Shown piece by piece: positions 36,776 through 46,203 of a stretch of DNA of 64,000 bases (the first letter of the stretch is position 1; each line of letters starts with the position of its first letter). Both the position numbers and the translations under genes were made by a program. Source of the stretch: a virus; IMG/VR virus record IMGVR_UViG_3300045988_126112, positions 160,001-224,000 of that record; one strand, 5' to 3'. The notes beneath the pieces are model-generated. The model was not told the DNA's origin and did no database searches. It saw nothing but the letters and a program-made list of their open reading frames with translations.

Positions 36776-37963
36776 ATGAAATTCAAAGAGTACTTAGAAT
36801 CAAAGGAAAACAAGAAAGGTAAAAAAGGTAGTATAAAGAAAGGGGTAGTAAAAACACCATCAATATTAAAAGCTTTCATAATAGGAATATTTAAAGTAAT
36901 AAAAATAATATTCAGATTTATTCAATATTTAATAGACCAAGCTGCTGAAGCTTTAGCTTGTTTATTATGTATTAAAAATGAAAAAATGAGTGTTGATAGA
37001 AAAATTAACTTTTGGAAAGCAGTTGTAAAAATATTTGCATTACTTATAATTGTAGTAATACTATCATTTGGACACATGCATAATAAAAATAAGAAACTAG
37101 AAGAACAAGTTGCTACAATAAATGCTTCAATAGAAAGTAATAGTGAAGCACCAAAACAATCAAAAGAACAAATTGCAAAAGCTACAGAAGAAGCAAAGAA
37201 AGAAGTTGAAAAAGTTGTAGCTAAAAAATCAACAGTAACAGCACCAACAACAAATAATACAAGCACAAATACAAATGCTAGTAATACATTAAAGGATGCT
37301 AAAAATACAGAATTCTTTGGAAGTGATTCAATCAAAGTTAAGTTAGGTAAAGTTGACCCATCTTACTATACAAGAAAAGGATACTGTAGATATAAAGACA
37401 ATAAAGGAAATGTAAAAGTTGACATAGTTTGTTTATATGGTATAGGAGAATTCTCTTCTAGTCCTAATGCAGGAACTAGATATGTTAAGAATGTAACTGA
37501 CTATGTAAAATCTAGAGATGCAGAAATGTATAATAAATATTTCAAAGATGTAAATGTACCTGGAACAACTACATTTACAACTGGATGGCAAGATGCTGCA
37601 TCAGATGAAAAAGATAAATTCTTACAATATCAATTCGAATATTTATATATCAATTATGTAAATCCAACAATGGATGCATTAGTTGATAAATATGGAATAG
37701 ATAAAGATAATGACGGAATAAAAGAATTTGTATTCAGTACATCTGTACAATATGGGTATAAAGGAACAATGGCTATATTCGAAAAAGCTGGTGTAAAGAA
37801 AGGTATGTCAGCAAAAGAAATAATCAAGAAAGTTCAAAATGAAAAATATAATTCTGTAGGTGTTTACACATATACAGAAGAATATAAATACGATAAATAT
37901 GACAGAGAAAATATAAAAGGAGAAATAAATAAAGAAACTGAATTATTTATCGAAAAATTATAA
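36776..37963 (+). CDS. membrane-anchored protein with lysozyme-like domain paralogous to the N-domain of 38041
   Basis: TM IFALLIIVVILSF; YGIGEFSSS..FLQYQFEYLYINYVNP..FSTSVQYG parallels YGIYQFSTT..FEKSQYDFASEYLIKP..ISTAVQFG. Confidence 0.5.
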   Translation: MKFKEYLESKENKKGKKGSIKKGVVKTPSILKAFIIGIFKVIKIIFRFIQYLIDQAAEALACLLCIKNEKMSVDRKINFWKAVVKIFALLIIVVILSFGHMHNKNKKLEEQVATINASIESNSEAPKQSKEQIAKATEEAKKEVEKVVAKKSTVTAPTTNNTSTNTNASNTLKDAKNTEFFGSDSIKVKLGKVDPSYYTRKGYCRYKDNKGNVKVDIVCLYGIGEFSSSPNAGTRYVKNVTDYVKSRDAEMYNKYFKDVNVPGTTTFTTGWQDAASDEKDKFLQYQFEYLYINYVNPTMDALVDKYGIDKDNDGIKEFVFSTSVQYGYKGTMAIFEKAGVKKGMSAKEIIKKVQNEKYNSVGVYTYTEEYKYDKYDRENIKGEINKETELFIEKL

Positions 37964-38040
37964 TTAATTTAAGTCGATGAGGGAGCGACTATAAATCTCC
38001 CTCTTATAAAAACTATAATAATTTTTTAGGGGGTAATTTT

Positions 38041-40800
38041 ATGAAAATGGATAAAGAAGTAAGAAGAAGTTTTGAAAGAAAGAATTTAGAAAGAGCTGCT
38101 AAAAAAGCTGCAGTAGTTGGATTAACTACATTAGTATTAAGTACAAGTGGTATACAAGCAAATGCTGCATCAAGATATGACAATTCAAATTATAGAGGTA
38201 TAGGTTATATATCTAAAGTTGAAGAAGTTAGTGAACTAGGTAATGGTGGATATATATCTACTGGTGCTGGTGACTACGGCGGAGTTTCATATGGTATATA
38301 CCAATTCTCTACTACAACTGGTAGTGCAAGAGATTTTATAAATTGGACTAAAAAGAATGACTCAGAAGTTTATAAATATTTCAAAGCTGAAGGAAATCCA
38401 AGACCTTCAACAGCTGCATTTAATAGAGCTTGGAAAAAAGCTTATAAAGAATTAGGTACTAAGTTTGAGAAATCTCAATATGATTTCGCATCTGAATACT
38501 TAATAAAACCAGCATACAACAGAGTAAAGAAAAGATTTGGATTAGATTTGAAAAAATCTAGAGCTAGAGAAGAATACTTAATAAGTACAGCAGTACAATT
38601 TGGACCAGGAGGTATATGTAATCTATTTAAAGAAGTTGAAAATAGAGGTATCAAATTAGATGATAATATGGACGATAGTGAATTATTATCTATAATGTGC
38701 AATCATAAACGTGATACAGTAGCTTATCATTTTAGAAGTTCTAGTTCTAAAGTTAAAGCTGCTGCTAGACAAAGATTCATAAGAGAAAAGAAAGAGTTAT
38801 TAAAAATAGCTAAAGAAGAATCTGGTAAAACTTTAGATGAAGTAAAAGAAACAAGTACTAGTACATCTAAAGCTAGTTCTTCAAAAGAAGAAACTAATGA
38901 TGTATCAACACAAGAATTTGATGACGTAATAGAAGTTAACGACAAAGATATAGAAAAAGATTATGACAAAGTTGAAAAAGAACTTGATGAAGTAAACGAT
39001 GTTATATCTGATGAAACTCAAGACAATACTGAATCTAAAGAAGAAGATAAATCAACTACAGAAGATGAAGATACTTCTAAAGAAGAAACAACTGACGAAG
39101 AAACTTCAAAAGACGAATCAGCTAAAGAAGATAAAGCTGAAGAAAAAGATAATACAGAAAAAGAAGAAACTAAAGATGAAGATAAACAAGAATCAACTGA
39201 AAATGATTCATCTTTAGATAATACATTATTTGTTGGTGATTCTCATATGAAAGGTGCAGAATCAACAATAAAAAATAATTATGACAATTCTCAAGTAAAA
39301 GCAACAGTAGGAGCATCTGCATATGTTTACTTACATGATACTAAATTCTTTGGAGAAAAATTAATAAATTCTTTACCAGAAGATAGTGATGATATACATC
39401 AAGTAGTAGTATCATTAGGTGTTAATAATATAACTGGAGCTACAAATGAATCTGATGTAATAAAAGTATTAGAAAAATTACAAGCTAAATATCCAGGAAA
39501 ACCAATAAGATTTATGTTAGTAAATCATGTTGGTAATAAATATACTGAAGCTAGTGTATCAAAAACAAATAAATTAATAGACCAATTAAACAAAACTGTT
39601 TCTGATTATGCTAAAGAACATGAAAATGTATCAGTTATAGATGCTAGTGAAGGATTAGAAACTAATGGTAAACTTACTAGTACTAATGATGGATTGCATG
39701 TAAATAATAATAAAAAACTGCTAAATAATATAGAAAAAGCTGTAGAAGAAAAACAAGATAAAACAACTTTAGAAGAAGCACCTGACCAAGTTAAAAATAA
39801 TGATGAATTCGATTCAATAGTAGACGAAGATACAACTAAAGATATAGAAGAACCAGACAAAGCTACAGAAGAAGATAATGATAAACAAGAATCTTCTAAA
39901 GAAGATAAAGTTGAAGAAAAAGACAATGATAGTAAAGAAGAAACTTCTAAAGAAGACAAACAAGAATCAACTGAAAAAGAAACAACTGACGAAGAAACTT
40001 CAAAAGACGAATCAGCTAAAGAAGATAAAGAATCTGATACTAAAGAAGAATCTAAAGATGAAGATAAATCAACTGAATCAGAAAAAGAATCTTCTAAAGA
40101 AGAAACAACTACAGAAGATAATACTGTAGAAGAAGACAATGATAAAGAAACTTCTAAAGATGAATCAACTAAAGAAGATAAATCTGAAGAAAAAGACTAT
40201 GATACTAAAGAAGAAACTCCAGCTAAAGAAAATACAACTGAAAAAGAATCTTCTAAAGAAGAAACTAAAGATAATACAGTAAAAGAAGATAAAGAATCTG
40301 ATACTAAAGAAGAAGCAACTGATAAAGAAACTTCTAAAGATGAATCAACTAAAGAAGATAAATCTGAAGAAAAAGCTGTAGAAGAAAAACAAGAATCTTC
40401 TAAAGAAGAAACTAAAGATAATACAGCTAAAGAAGATAAATCAACTGAATCAGAAAAAGAATCTTCAAAAGAAGAATCAACTAAAGAAGACAAAGCAGTA
40501 AAAGAAACTAAAGAAGAAACTCCAGCTAAAGAAGAAAAACAAGAATCAACTAAACAAGAATCTTCTAAAGACGAATCAGTTAAAGAAAATAAAGCTGAAG
40601 AAAAAGCTGTAGAAGAAAAACAAGAAACTTCTAAAGAAAAAGAACAACCAGTTCAAGAAGAAAAAACTACAGAAAAACAAGAAACTGCAACTGAAGATAA
40701 TACTAAACAAGAAGATAATAGTAAAGAAGAATCTTCTGACACATTAAATGAATTACAATCAAGATTATCTAATAACTTATTTGGAAAATTAATGAGTTAA
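38041..40800 (+). CDS. secreted multidomain protein: lysozyme-like domain + SGNH/GDSL hydrolase + long acidic repeat tail
   Basis: Signal peptide AAVVGLTTLVLSTSGIQANA|A; SGNH blocks FVGDSHMKG, SLGVNN, DGLHVN; two E/K/D/S/T-rich tracts. Confidence 0.7.
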   Translation: MKMDKEVRRSFERKNLERAAKKAAVVGLTTLVLSTSGIQANAASRYDNSNYRGIGYISKVEEVSELGNGGYISTGAGDYGGVSYGIYQFSTTTGSARDFINWTKKNDSEVYKYFKAEGNPRPSTAAFNRAWKKAYKELGTKFEKSQYDFASEYLIKPAYNRVKKRFGLDLKKSRAREEYLISTAVQFGPGGICNLFKEVENRGIKLDDNMDDSELLSIMCNHKRDTVAYHFRSSSSKVKAAARQRFIREKKELLKIAKEESGKTLDEVKETSTSTSKASSSKEETNDVSTQEFDDVIEVNDKDIEKDYDKVEKELDEVNDVISDETQDNTESKEEDKSTTEDEDTSKEETTDEETSKDESAKEDKAEEKDNTEKEETKDEDKQESTENDSSLDNTLFVGDSHMKGAESTIKNNYDNSQVKATVGASAYVYLHDTKFFGEKLINSLPEDSDDIHQVVVSLGVNNITGATNESDVIKVLEKLQAKYPGKPIRFMLVNHVGNKYTEASVSKTNKLIDQLNKTVSDYAKEHENVSVIDASEGLETNGKLTSTNDGLHVNNNKKLLNNIEKAVEEKQDKTTLEEAPDQVKNNDEFDSIVDEDTTKDIEEPDKATEEDNDKQESSKEDKVEEKDNDSKEETSKEDKQESTEKETTDEETSKDESAKEDKESDTKEESKDEDKSTESEKESSKEETTTEDNTVEEDNDKETSKDESTKEDKSEEKDYDTKEETPAKENTTEKESSKEETKDNTVKEDKESDTKEEATDKETSKDESTKEDKSEEKAVEEKQESSKEETKDNTAKEDKSTESEKESSKEESTKEDKAVKETKEETPAKEEKQESTKQESSKDESVKENKAEEKAVEEKQETSKEKEQPVQEEKTTEKQETATEDNTKQEDNSKEESSDTLNELQSRLSNNLFGKLMS
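38830..39220 (+). repeat. acidic low-complexity coding tract 1
   Basis: E/D/K/S/T-rich; shares the ~50-nt string acaactgacgaagaaacttcaaaagacgaatcagctaaagaagataaag with tract 2. Confidence 0.7.
39760..40750 (+). repeat. acidic low-complexity coding tract 2 (mosaic of 25-55-nt repeats)
   Basis: Repeated gataaagaaacttctaaagatgaatcaactaaagaagataaatctgaagaaaaag, tcaactgaatcagaaaaagaatcttc, aaagctgtagaagaaaaacaaga. Confidence 0.75.
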
Positions 40801-40806
40801 TACACT

Positions 40807-40837
40807 AAAGACTAGGGTAATCCCTAGTCTTTTTTTT
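40807..40837 (+). terminator. intrinsic terminator
   Basis: AAGACTAGGG-taat-CCCTAGTCTT + T7. Confidence 0.8.
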
Positions 40838-40863
40838 ATAATAAAAATAAGGGGGTATATATT

Positions 40864-41568
40864 ATGAAATTAGGTATAAAATTAATAGGAGCAGCAGTAA
40901 TAATAGGAGGTATTTCTATAGGTTCAATAGCAATATATAATAAACTTAATCCTGCAGAACCAATGCCAGAAGTAGTAGCAGATTCAGAATATAAAGCTAC
41001 TGTTAAATCCAAACAAAAATTAGATGGAATTTTAAAAAGAGAAATTTCTGGAAAGATGATAGTTACAGAAAACTTAGTTCATGTAGTTCACAAAGTTGAA
41101 TATATTGAAGAAATTCCTGTTGGAATGTATGGAGAAACTATTAAAGCAAAAGCAGAAGTAATTAAGTATGGTGAAGCTGATGTACAGTATAACTATGTGG
41201 TTGATTTAGATAAAACTGAAATAAAAGAAACTGATACTGAAGTTAATATAAAATTAGAAAAACCATATTTAGATGAAAAGTCAGTTAAAATAAAACCAGA
41301 TTCATTTAAATTAGATAAAAGCAAATCTAGTATAAATGTAGTTGGTAAAATAAAAATATCAAGTGAAATACTAACTAATAAATCTGATACGTTAGATGGT
41401 AGAGCTTCAAGAACTTTAATGAATGAAATACCTAAGAAAACTATTGAAGAATTAAAGAAAGACAAAAATTCTGGTGATAAAATCTCATTAGAAAATGCTC
41501 AATCTAAATTAAGTAAGAAATTATCTAAAATAAATACAGATAAGAAAATAAATATAAGTTATAAATAG
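40864..41568 (+). CDS. membrane-anchored hypothetical protein
   Basis: AAGGGGG RBS; N-terminal TM LIGAAVIIGGISIGSIAIY. Confidence 0.7.
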   Translation: MKLGIKLIGAAVIIGGISIGSIAIYNKLNPAEPMPEVVADSEYKATVKSKQKLDGILKREISGKMIVTENLVHVVHKVEYIEEIPVGMYGETIKAKAEVIKYGEADVQYNYVVDLDKTEIKETDTEVNIKLEKPYLDEKSVKIKPDSFKLDKSKSSINVVGKIKISSEILTNKSDTLDGRASRTLMNEIPKKTIEELKKDKNSGDKISLENAQSKLSKKLSKINTDKKINISYK

Positions 41569-41580
41569 GGGGTATGTATT

Positions 41581-41799
41581 ATGGATACTAATATTGATTA
41601 TATTAGAAATACTGAAAAAAAATTAACATTATGTGTTGAAACTGAAGATCGTATTAAATATTATAATCCAAATGAATGGGAATTAATATGCTATAGTAAT
41701 ATGTATATTGAAATATGTGAAAAAGCAGAAGATTCTATAATGACTGTAATTCCTAGAGAAAGAGTTAAAAAATTCTTTACATTTAAAGGAGGTATGTAA
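41581..41799 (+). CDS. hypothetical protein
   Basis: AGGGGG RBS; 72 aa. Confidence 0.65.
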   Translation: MDTNIDYIRNTEKKLTLCVETEDRIKYYNPNEWELICYSNMYIEICEKAEDSIMTVIPRERVKKFFTFKGGM

Positions 41800-41800
41800 T

Positions 41801-42550
41801 ATGATAGTAGGAATAGAAGATTTAAAAGGAAAAGTTATAGGAAGTATAGTTTGTGATAAAAATGGTCAATTTGTAAAATTTATAACTGAAGACGGTTATC
41901 AATATTGCATGAAACATATACAAGATGAAGATGAAATATGGCGTATAACTGACATAGATGGTAAACTAGAAAATTTAATATTTAAAGAAGTAATAGATTG
42001 TGAATACAGAAAAGAGAGTAATGTAAATAATACAGTATTATTTACAGATTTTAAAATAGAAGTAGATAACGCATATGTGTTAATACAATGGTATTCAAGT
42101 GGTGAAAGTTATTATAATAAAGAAATTATTATAGATAAAACTAGAAGCCCTAGAGGATATGATGAAATAAATGTATATAAAATAACACATAAGCATATAA
42201 AAAATATAGATAACTGTATGGAATATTTAGAGGAGCAAATATCTATTCTAATTGGAAAAGGAGCAGAATTGACATATTGTATAGATGATAAAGTAAATAG
42301 AATACTAATGAATAGATATAATTGCAGAAGTCAATTATTGAAAAAATACTATTATGCTTTACGTAAAATTAAAGAAGAACTAGAAGACGATTTTAGACTG
42401 ATTAAAAAGCATAATGAATTTTTGACAAATGTTAATAGAGACATTACTATACTACAAGAATATGATTTATCTGAGCGTTCAGATGTTATTAATGAAAAAA
42501 TGAGTAATTTATATAATATGCTAGTTGCTCATATTAAGTATAAATTGTAA
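41801..42550 (+). CDS. hypothetical protein
   Basis: GGAGG inside upstream gene end; 249 aa. Confidence 0.7.
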   Translation: MIVGIEDLKGKVIGSIVCDKNGQFVKFITEDGYQYCMKHIQDEDEIWRITDIDGKLENLIFKEVIDCEYRKESNVNNTVLFTDFKIEVDNAYVLIQWYSSGESYYNKEIIIDKTRSPRGYDEINVYKITHKHIKNIDNCMEYLEEQISILIGKGAELTYCIDDKVNRILMNRYNCRSQLLKKYYYALRKIKEELEDDFRLIKKHNEFLTNVNRDITILQEYDLSERSDVINEKMSNLYNMLVAHIKYKL

Positions 42551-42567
42551 AAGTCAAATCCTTCAAT

Positions 42568-42578
42568 TATATATTATA
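42568..42578 (+). promoter_or_regulatory. early-class promoter-like motif TATATATTATA
   Basis: 40 nt before ATG 42618. Confidence 0.5.
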
Positions 42579-42617
42579 AATATGAATAATAAATAATATA
42601 TATTAGGAGGTAACGTT

Positions 42618-42737
42618 ATGTTAGATATAAGAATAAGCGATTTAATGGATGCAATAGGAGATGTTTATGGAGACGATATAGATATAGACTTAAGTTTAGA
42701 TTTATATGATGATTTAGATGGAGGTGATGTTTTATAG
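42618..42737 (+). CDS. hyper-acidic 39-aa peptide (below the ORF-track cutoff)
   Basis: AGGAGG 7 nt before ATG; MLDIRISDLMDAIGDVYGDDIDIDLSLDLYDDLDGGDVL has 13 Asp and 1 Arg. Confidence 0.5.
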   Translation: MLDIRISDLMDAIGDVYGDDIDIDLSLDLYDDLDGGDVL

Positions 42738-42813
42738 TTTTAGAAAATAGAGAAGGTGATTGAAAAATTGCTTTCTTTATTTTTTACAATAAATACAAAA
42801 GGGGGAAAATTTA

Positions 42814-42978
42814 ATGATTTATTTAGGATTGGTACTATTATTTATTTTAGAAGTAATTTCGATTAATAATATATTTGAAAAGACTTGTAGATTAGGATGG
42901 ATATTTGTATCCGTTCTATTCTATATTGGTATTAGTGAGTATGTATATATAATATTATATACAATGCCAATATTTTGA
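42814..42978 (+). CDS. small two-helix membrane protein (54 aa, below the ORF-track cutoff)
   Basis: AAGGGGG RBS; IYLGLVLLFILEVISI and WIFVSVLFYIGISEYVYIILY. Confidence 0.5.
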   Translation: MIYLGLVLLFILEVISINNIFEKTCRLGWIFVSVLFYIGISEYVYIILYTMPIF

Positions 42979-42984
42979 TAAACA

Positions 42985-43016
42985 AGAAGTAGGGAGCAAT
43001 CCCTACTTCTTTTTTT
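42985..43016 (+). terminator. intrinsic terminator
   Basis: AGAAGTAGGGA-gcaa-TCCCTACTTCT + T6. Confidence 0.8.
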
Positions 43017-43042
43017 GCCGTTTATCTACGCTATTTTTTTTC

Positions 43043-43054
43043 AACATATAATTA
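43043..43054 (+). promoter_or_regulatory. late-class promoter-like motif AACA-N6-TA
   Basis: AACATATAATTA, 32 nt before TTG 43086. Confidence 0.5.
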
Positions 43055-43085
43055 AAGATTATATAAGAAAGAGGGGTGAAAGATT

Positions 43086-43934
43086 TTGTCATTATATGGT
43101 AACCCTGAAGGAATGGTGGGCTATAATGAATTAAGTCCTTATGTACAATCGCTCTTAAGTGGAGCAAGTATTGATGCTGGTATTTATATTGATCGTTCAT
43201 ATTTTATATTAACCCAATATAATGATAGAGTTACAGTTAATTTGAATACATTTAATCCAGCTACAGATGAATTATTAGTATTTAAAAATGGATTGTTTAT
43301 GACATTAGGATATGAGTATCAGTTTAATAATACTGATAAAACAATATCTCCTTTGAATGGTGAAACATGGGATGGTTCTGAAACCAAACCAATAATCTTT
43401 GATTTCATAGGCTTGGAAAAGACTACTGGAGGTGGTGGTGACTCTGGTGGAGGATTTGATTTTGTTAAAATTAAAATTAAAGAATCAGAATGGATACAAG
43501 AAAATGATATGTATTATAAGATTGTAACTCACAATCTTGATTCAACTTCCTTAATTTTATCTGCAGTCAATTCAGATACCAAGAAATCGCTACAAGAGAT
43601 ATATACTATAATTGATGAAAATACATTAAAACTATATAATGATAGTAAAATAAATCTATCATTAACAATTATAGATGTAGACTCAGTAAAACCAGGTGGT
43701 GCTTCAAGTTCAAAAACTTTAAACGTATCTAACTTTACATTTGATAATGAATTAAATATGTATAAAGCAACAGTAAATCATAATTTAGATGGAGAAGATC
43801 TATTAATAGGGGCTATTGATAGTAGTACTAAGAATTCAGTACATATTGCATATGACGTAGTGGATTCTAATTCTATTATATTATATAATACTGATAGCAT
43901 TACATTAAAATTATCAATACTTTCAATAAAGTAG
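43086..43934 (+). CDS. fibre-like protein: N-domain, Gly linker, two beta-sandwich-like repeats
   Basis: TTG start 7 nt after AGAGGGGTG; GGGGDSGGG linker; repeats W..ENDMYYKIVTHNLDS.. and ..LNMYKATVNHNLDG.. Confidence 0.6.
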   Translation: MSLYGNPEGMVGYNELSPYVQSLLSGASIDAGIYIDRSYFILTQYNDRVTVNLNTFNPATDELLVFKNGLFMTLGYEYQFNNTDKTISPLNGETWDGSETKPIIFDFIGLEKTTGGGGDSGGGFDFVKIKIKESEWIQENDMYYKIVTHNLDSTSLILSAVNSDTKKSLQEIYTIIDENTLKLYNDSKINLSLTIIDVDSVKPGGASSSKTLNVSNFTFDNELNMYKATVNHNLDGEDLLIGAIDSSTKNSVHIAYDVVDSNSIILYNTDSITLKLSILSIK

Positions 43935-43947
43935 AAGGGAGGAAATT

Positions 43948-44289
43948 ATGAGTGATATAAAAAAGAAAAAAAGAGATTTTCAACCTTTGCCAATTCAATG
44001 GCAACCTGATAAAGTTTTAGATCAACTTTTCAATGATGAAGAAGGTGGAAGTAGTGAAGCTATAGATGAATTAAAAAAATCTTTAGCTCAAGTAGCTTTT
44101 AGTGGATCATACAATGATTTAAAAGATAAACCTGTCAAACAAGATGGGACTTATGATGATACCCAAATAAAAGCAGAATTATCAACATTAAAAGAAAAAG
44201 TTGAAGCTATAAATCTTTCTGATTATATTAAAAAATCAGAAATTGAAGAAGCTACATCAGAAGAGTTATTAGCCATCTATAATGGTTAA
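43948..44289 (+). CDS. small fibre-module protein
   Basis: VAFSGSYNDLKDKP motif; C-terminal EATSEELLAIYNG shared with 44325. Confidence 0.6.
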   Translation: MSDIKKKKRDFQPLPIQWQPDKVLDQLFNDEEGGSSEAIDELKKSLAQVAFSGSYNDLKDKPVKQDGTYDDTQIKAELSTLKEKVEAINLSDYIKKSEIEEATSEELLAIYNG

Positions 44290-44324
44290 TTATAAAAATT
44301 TTAATTTTTTAGGAGGTAATACAA

Positions 44325-44696
44325 ATGGCTAAATATATTACAGTCGACGCTTTAAAAGGAACTTTAGAAAAAATAAAAGCAGATATAAGTGCTATATCTA
44401 CTGATGGTTATGTAACTACTGAAGCATTAACAACAGCTTTAGAAGGTTATTTAAAAGAAATACCAGCAGAATATATTACAGAAACTGAATTAAATGCAAA
44501 AGGTTTCTTAACTGCTGTTCCAGAAGAATATGTTACAGAAGATGAACTAACTGCAAAAGGATATATAACTGCTGTTCCAGAAGAATATGTTACAGAAGAT
44601 GAACTAACTGCAAAAGGATATATAACTGCTGTACCTGAAGCTACTTCTGAAGAAGTATTAGCTATATACAATGGAACAGCTCAAGCACAAGGATAA
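44325..44696 (+). CDS. small fibre-module protein with 19-aa tandem repeats
   Basis: AVPEEYVTEDELTAKGYIT repeated; C-terminal EATSEEVLAIYNG. Confidence 0.6.
   Translation: MAKYITVDALKGTLEKIKADISAISTDGYVTTEALTTALEGYLKEIPAEYITETELNAKGFLTAVPEEYVTEDELTAKGYITAVPEEYVTEDELTAKGYITAVPEATSEEVLAIYNGTAQAQG
44454..44640 (+). repeat. 57-nt coding tandem repeat (~3.3 copies, two identical)
   Basis: actgctgttccagaagaatatgttacagaagatgaactaactgcaaaaggatatata at 44511-44567 and again at 44568-44624; degenerate copy upstream. Confidence 0.85.
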
Positions 44697-44722
44697 AATT
44701 TTAATTTGAGGGGGTTTAAGAT

Positions 44723-45268
44723 ATGAGTCAAAAAACATATTTAACCCTAGATTCTATTAATGCTCTTATTACACAAATTAAAAAAGACATAGAAGCTGCT
44801 AGTGCCAATGGTGGCACTAGCGGTGCTGCTTATGATGATACATTAATAAAATCTAGATTGACTAAATTAGAAAAATATATGGATTATTTAAATCCATGGG
44901 GTGAATATGAATGGATAACTCCAGAAATAAAACAACCAGGTATAAGTTCAGAAGTAATCATAAAAGATACTAAATTCTATGAAGAATGTATGGCAAATGA
45001 AGAAAAATTCTATGACGATATGGAAGCAGATAAATTTGAACTTTATATCCTTAGACAAGTTGATAATCCAAGAGGACTTAATAGATATGATACTATGCTT
45101 CCAAGAGAAGGATCTACAGTTCAAAAACCTGGTTCCGAATTGCATAAAGTTTGTAAATATAATGAAATTGAAGGATGGAATTGGAACTATGATAGTTCTG
45201 ACAAACTAACATTATCAACTTCAGGTGATTCAGGATACACATTTGTAATGTTAAAAAGAAGAGCGTAG
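44723..45268 (+). CDS. fibre-operon protein
   Basis: AGGGGG RBS; N-terminus LTLDSINALITQIKKDIEAA resembles neighbours. Confidence 0.6.
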   Translation: MSQKTYLTLDSINALITQIKKDIEAASANGGTSGAAYDDTLIKSRLTKLEKYMDYLNPWGEYEWITPEIKQPGISSEVIIKDTKFYEECMANEEKFYDDMEADKFELYILRQVDNPRGLNRYDTMLPREGSTVQKPGSELHKVCKYNEIEGWNWNYDSSDKLTLSTSGDSGYTFVMLKRRA

Positions 45269-45283
45269 TTGGAGGTGGTATAA

Positions 45284-45754
45284 ATGGCAACAACACTAAC
45301 AAGTGAAGAACTAATCCAACAAGCCAAATTACTTTCAACTAAAACAAATAATGCTACCAATCCTAATATGAAGTATAGTACTGTACCTTTAAGAAATACA
45401 GGTTTAAATCCAGATTATTTTACAGCTGTACAATCTTCTATAGTAAATGCTATGAATCTTATATATAAAAAGAATTCAGATGTAGATAAAAAAGTTACTA
45501 CATTTGGAAATAAAATATCAGATACAATAGGTGATACTGCTACTTATGAAATAGCTGAAAAATTTGAAAATTTAAAAGCATTAATGGGTAGTAATACAAT
45601 CATAGAAGGATTAGAAGACTTATATAAAAATAAACTTGTGGTTAAAGATAACTTAACTGAAACAGTTAAAACTATAGTTGGTGAACAAGCTCAATCTATA
45701 GTTGATCAAGCAGTTGATGAAAAATTATCTTGGACTGATAATGTTGAACAATAG
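45284..45754 (+). CDS. fibre-operon protein (helical)
   Basis: GGAGG RBS; 156 aa. Confidence 0.6.
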   Translation: MATTLTSEELIQQAKLLSTKTNNATNPNMKYSTVPLRNTGLNPDYFTAVQSSIVNAMNLIYKKNSDVDKKVTTFGNKISDTIGDTATYEIAEKFENLKALMGSNTIIEGLEDLYKNKLVVKDNLTETVKTIVGEQAQSIVDQAVDEKLSWTDNVEQ

Positions 45755-45766
45755 GGAGGTGCTTTA

Positions 45767-46063
45767 ATGGGTATAGCATATGAGCAATTAAATGATTATC
45801 TTCAAAGTATTATTCCTATTAAAACTTTAACTGGAAGTATACCCGCATCTTCGTGGGTAAAAGTTGAAGATGAAAATTTATATAAATATAGTATAGATCT
45901 ATCAAGTGAAAACATGACTTCCTATTCTAAAATAGATTTTGATTTGAGAATTAAATCTGATTCACTTAATGAAATTATGTTTGATTCAGAATTAGTAAAC
46001 AATTCTATAAATATCTATATAGATGAAGTTCTTGATTATGAATATACTATAAAATTGTTTTAA
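45767..46063 (+). CDS. single beta-sandwich-like module protein
   Basis: SSWVKVEDENLYKYSIDLSS.. matches the W..g.Y...i.H module seen in 43086, 61226 and 62092. Confidence 0.55.
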   Translation: MGIAYEQLNDYLQSIIPIKTLTGSIPASSWVKVEDENLYKYSIDLSSENMTSYSKIDFDLRIKSDSLNEIMFDSELVNNSINIYIDEVLDYEYTIKLF

Positions 46064-46069
46064 AACTTA

Positions 46070-46103
46070 ATAGCAGATGAGCTAAAAACTCATCTGCTAT
46101 TTA
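46070..46103 (+). terminator. hairpin terminator (weak T-run)
   Basis: ATAGCAGATGAG...CTCATCTGCTAT. Confidence 0.5.
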
Positions 46104-46203
46104 TACGATTATATATAGAAAGGAGGAATATAAATAAATTTTATGTCCTTATAATAATGTTAATTTATAATAGCATAACTCTTGATAAAGGAGAGTGATT
46201 TTT

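Noticed and set aside
38999-40129. Same-strand K/L/Q-rich ORFs 38999-39217 and 39878-40129.
   Set aside because: They are frame-shifted readings of the GAA/AAA-rich acidic repeat tracts of 38041-40800, with no independent start signals.
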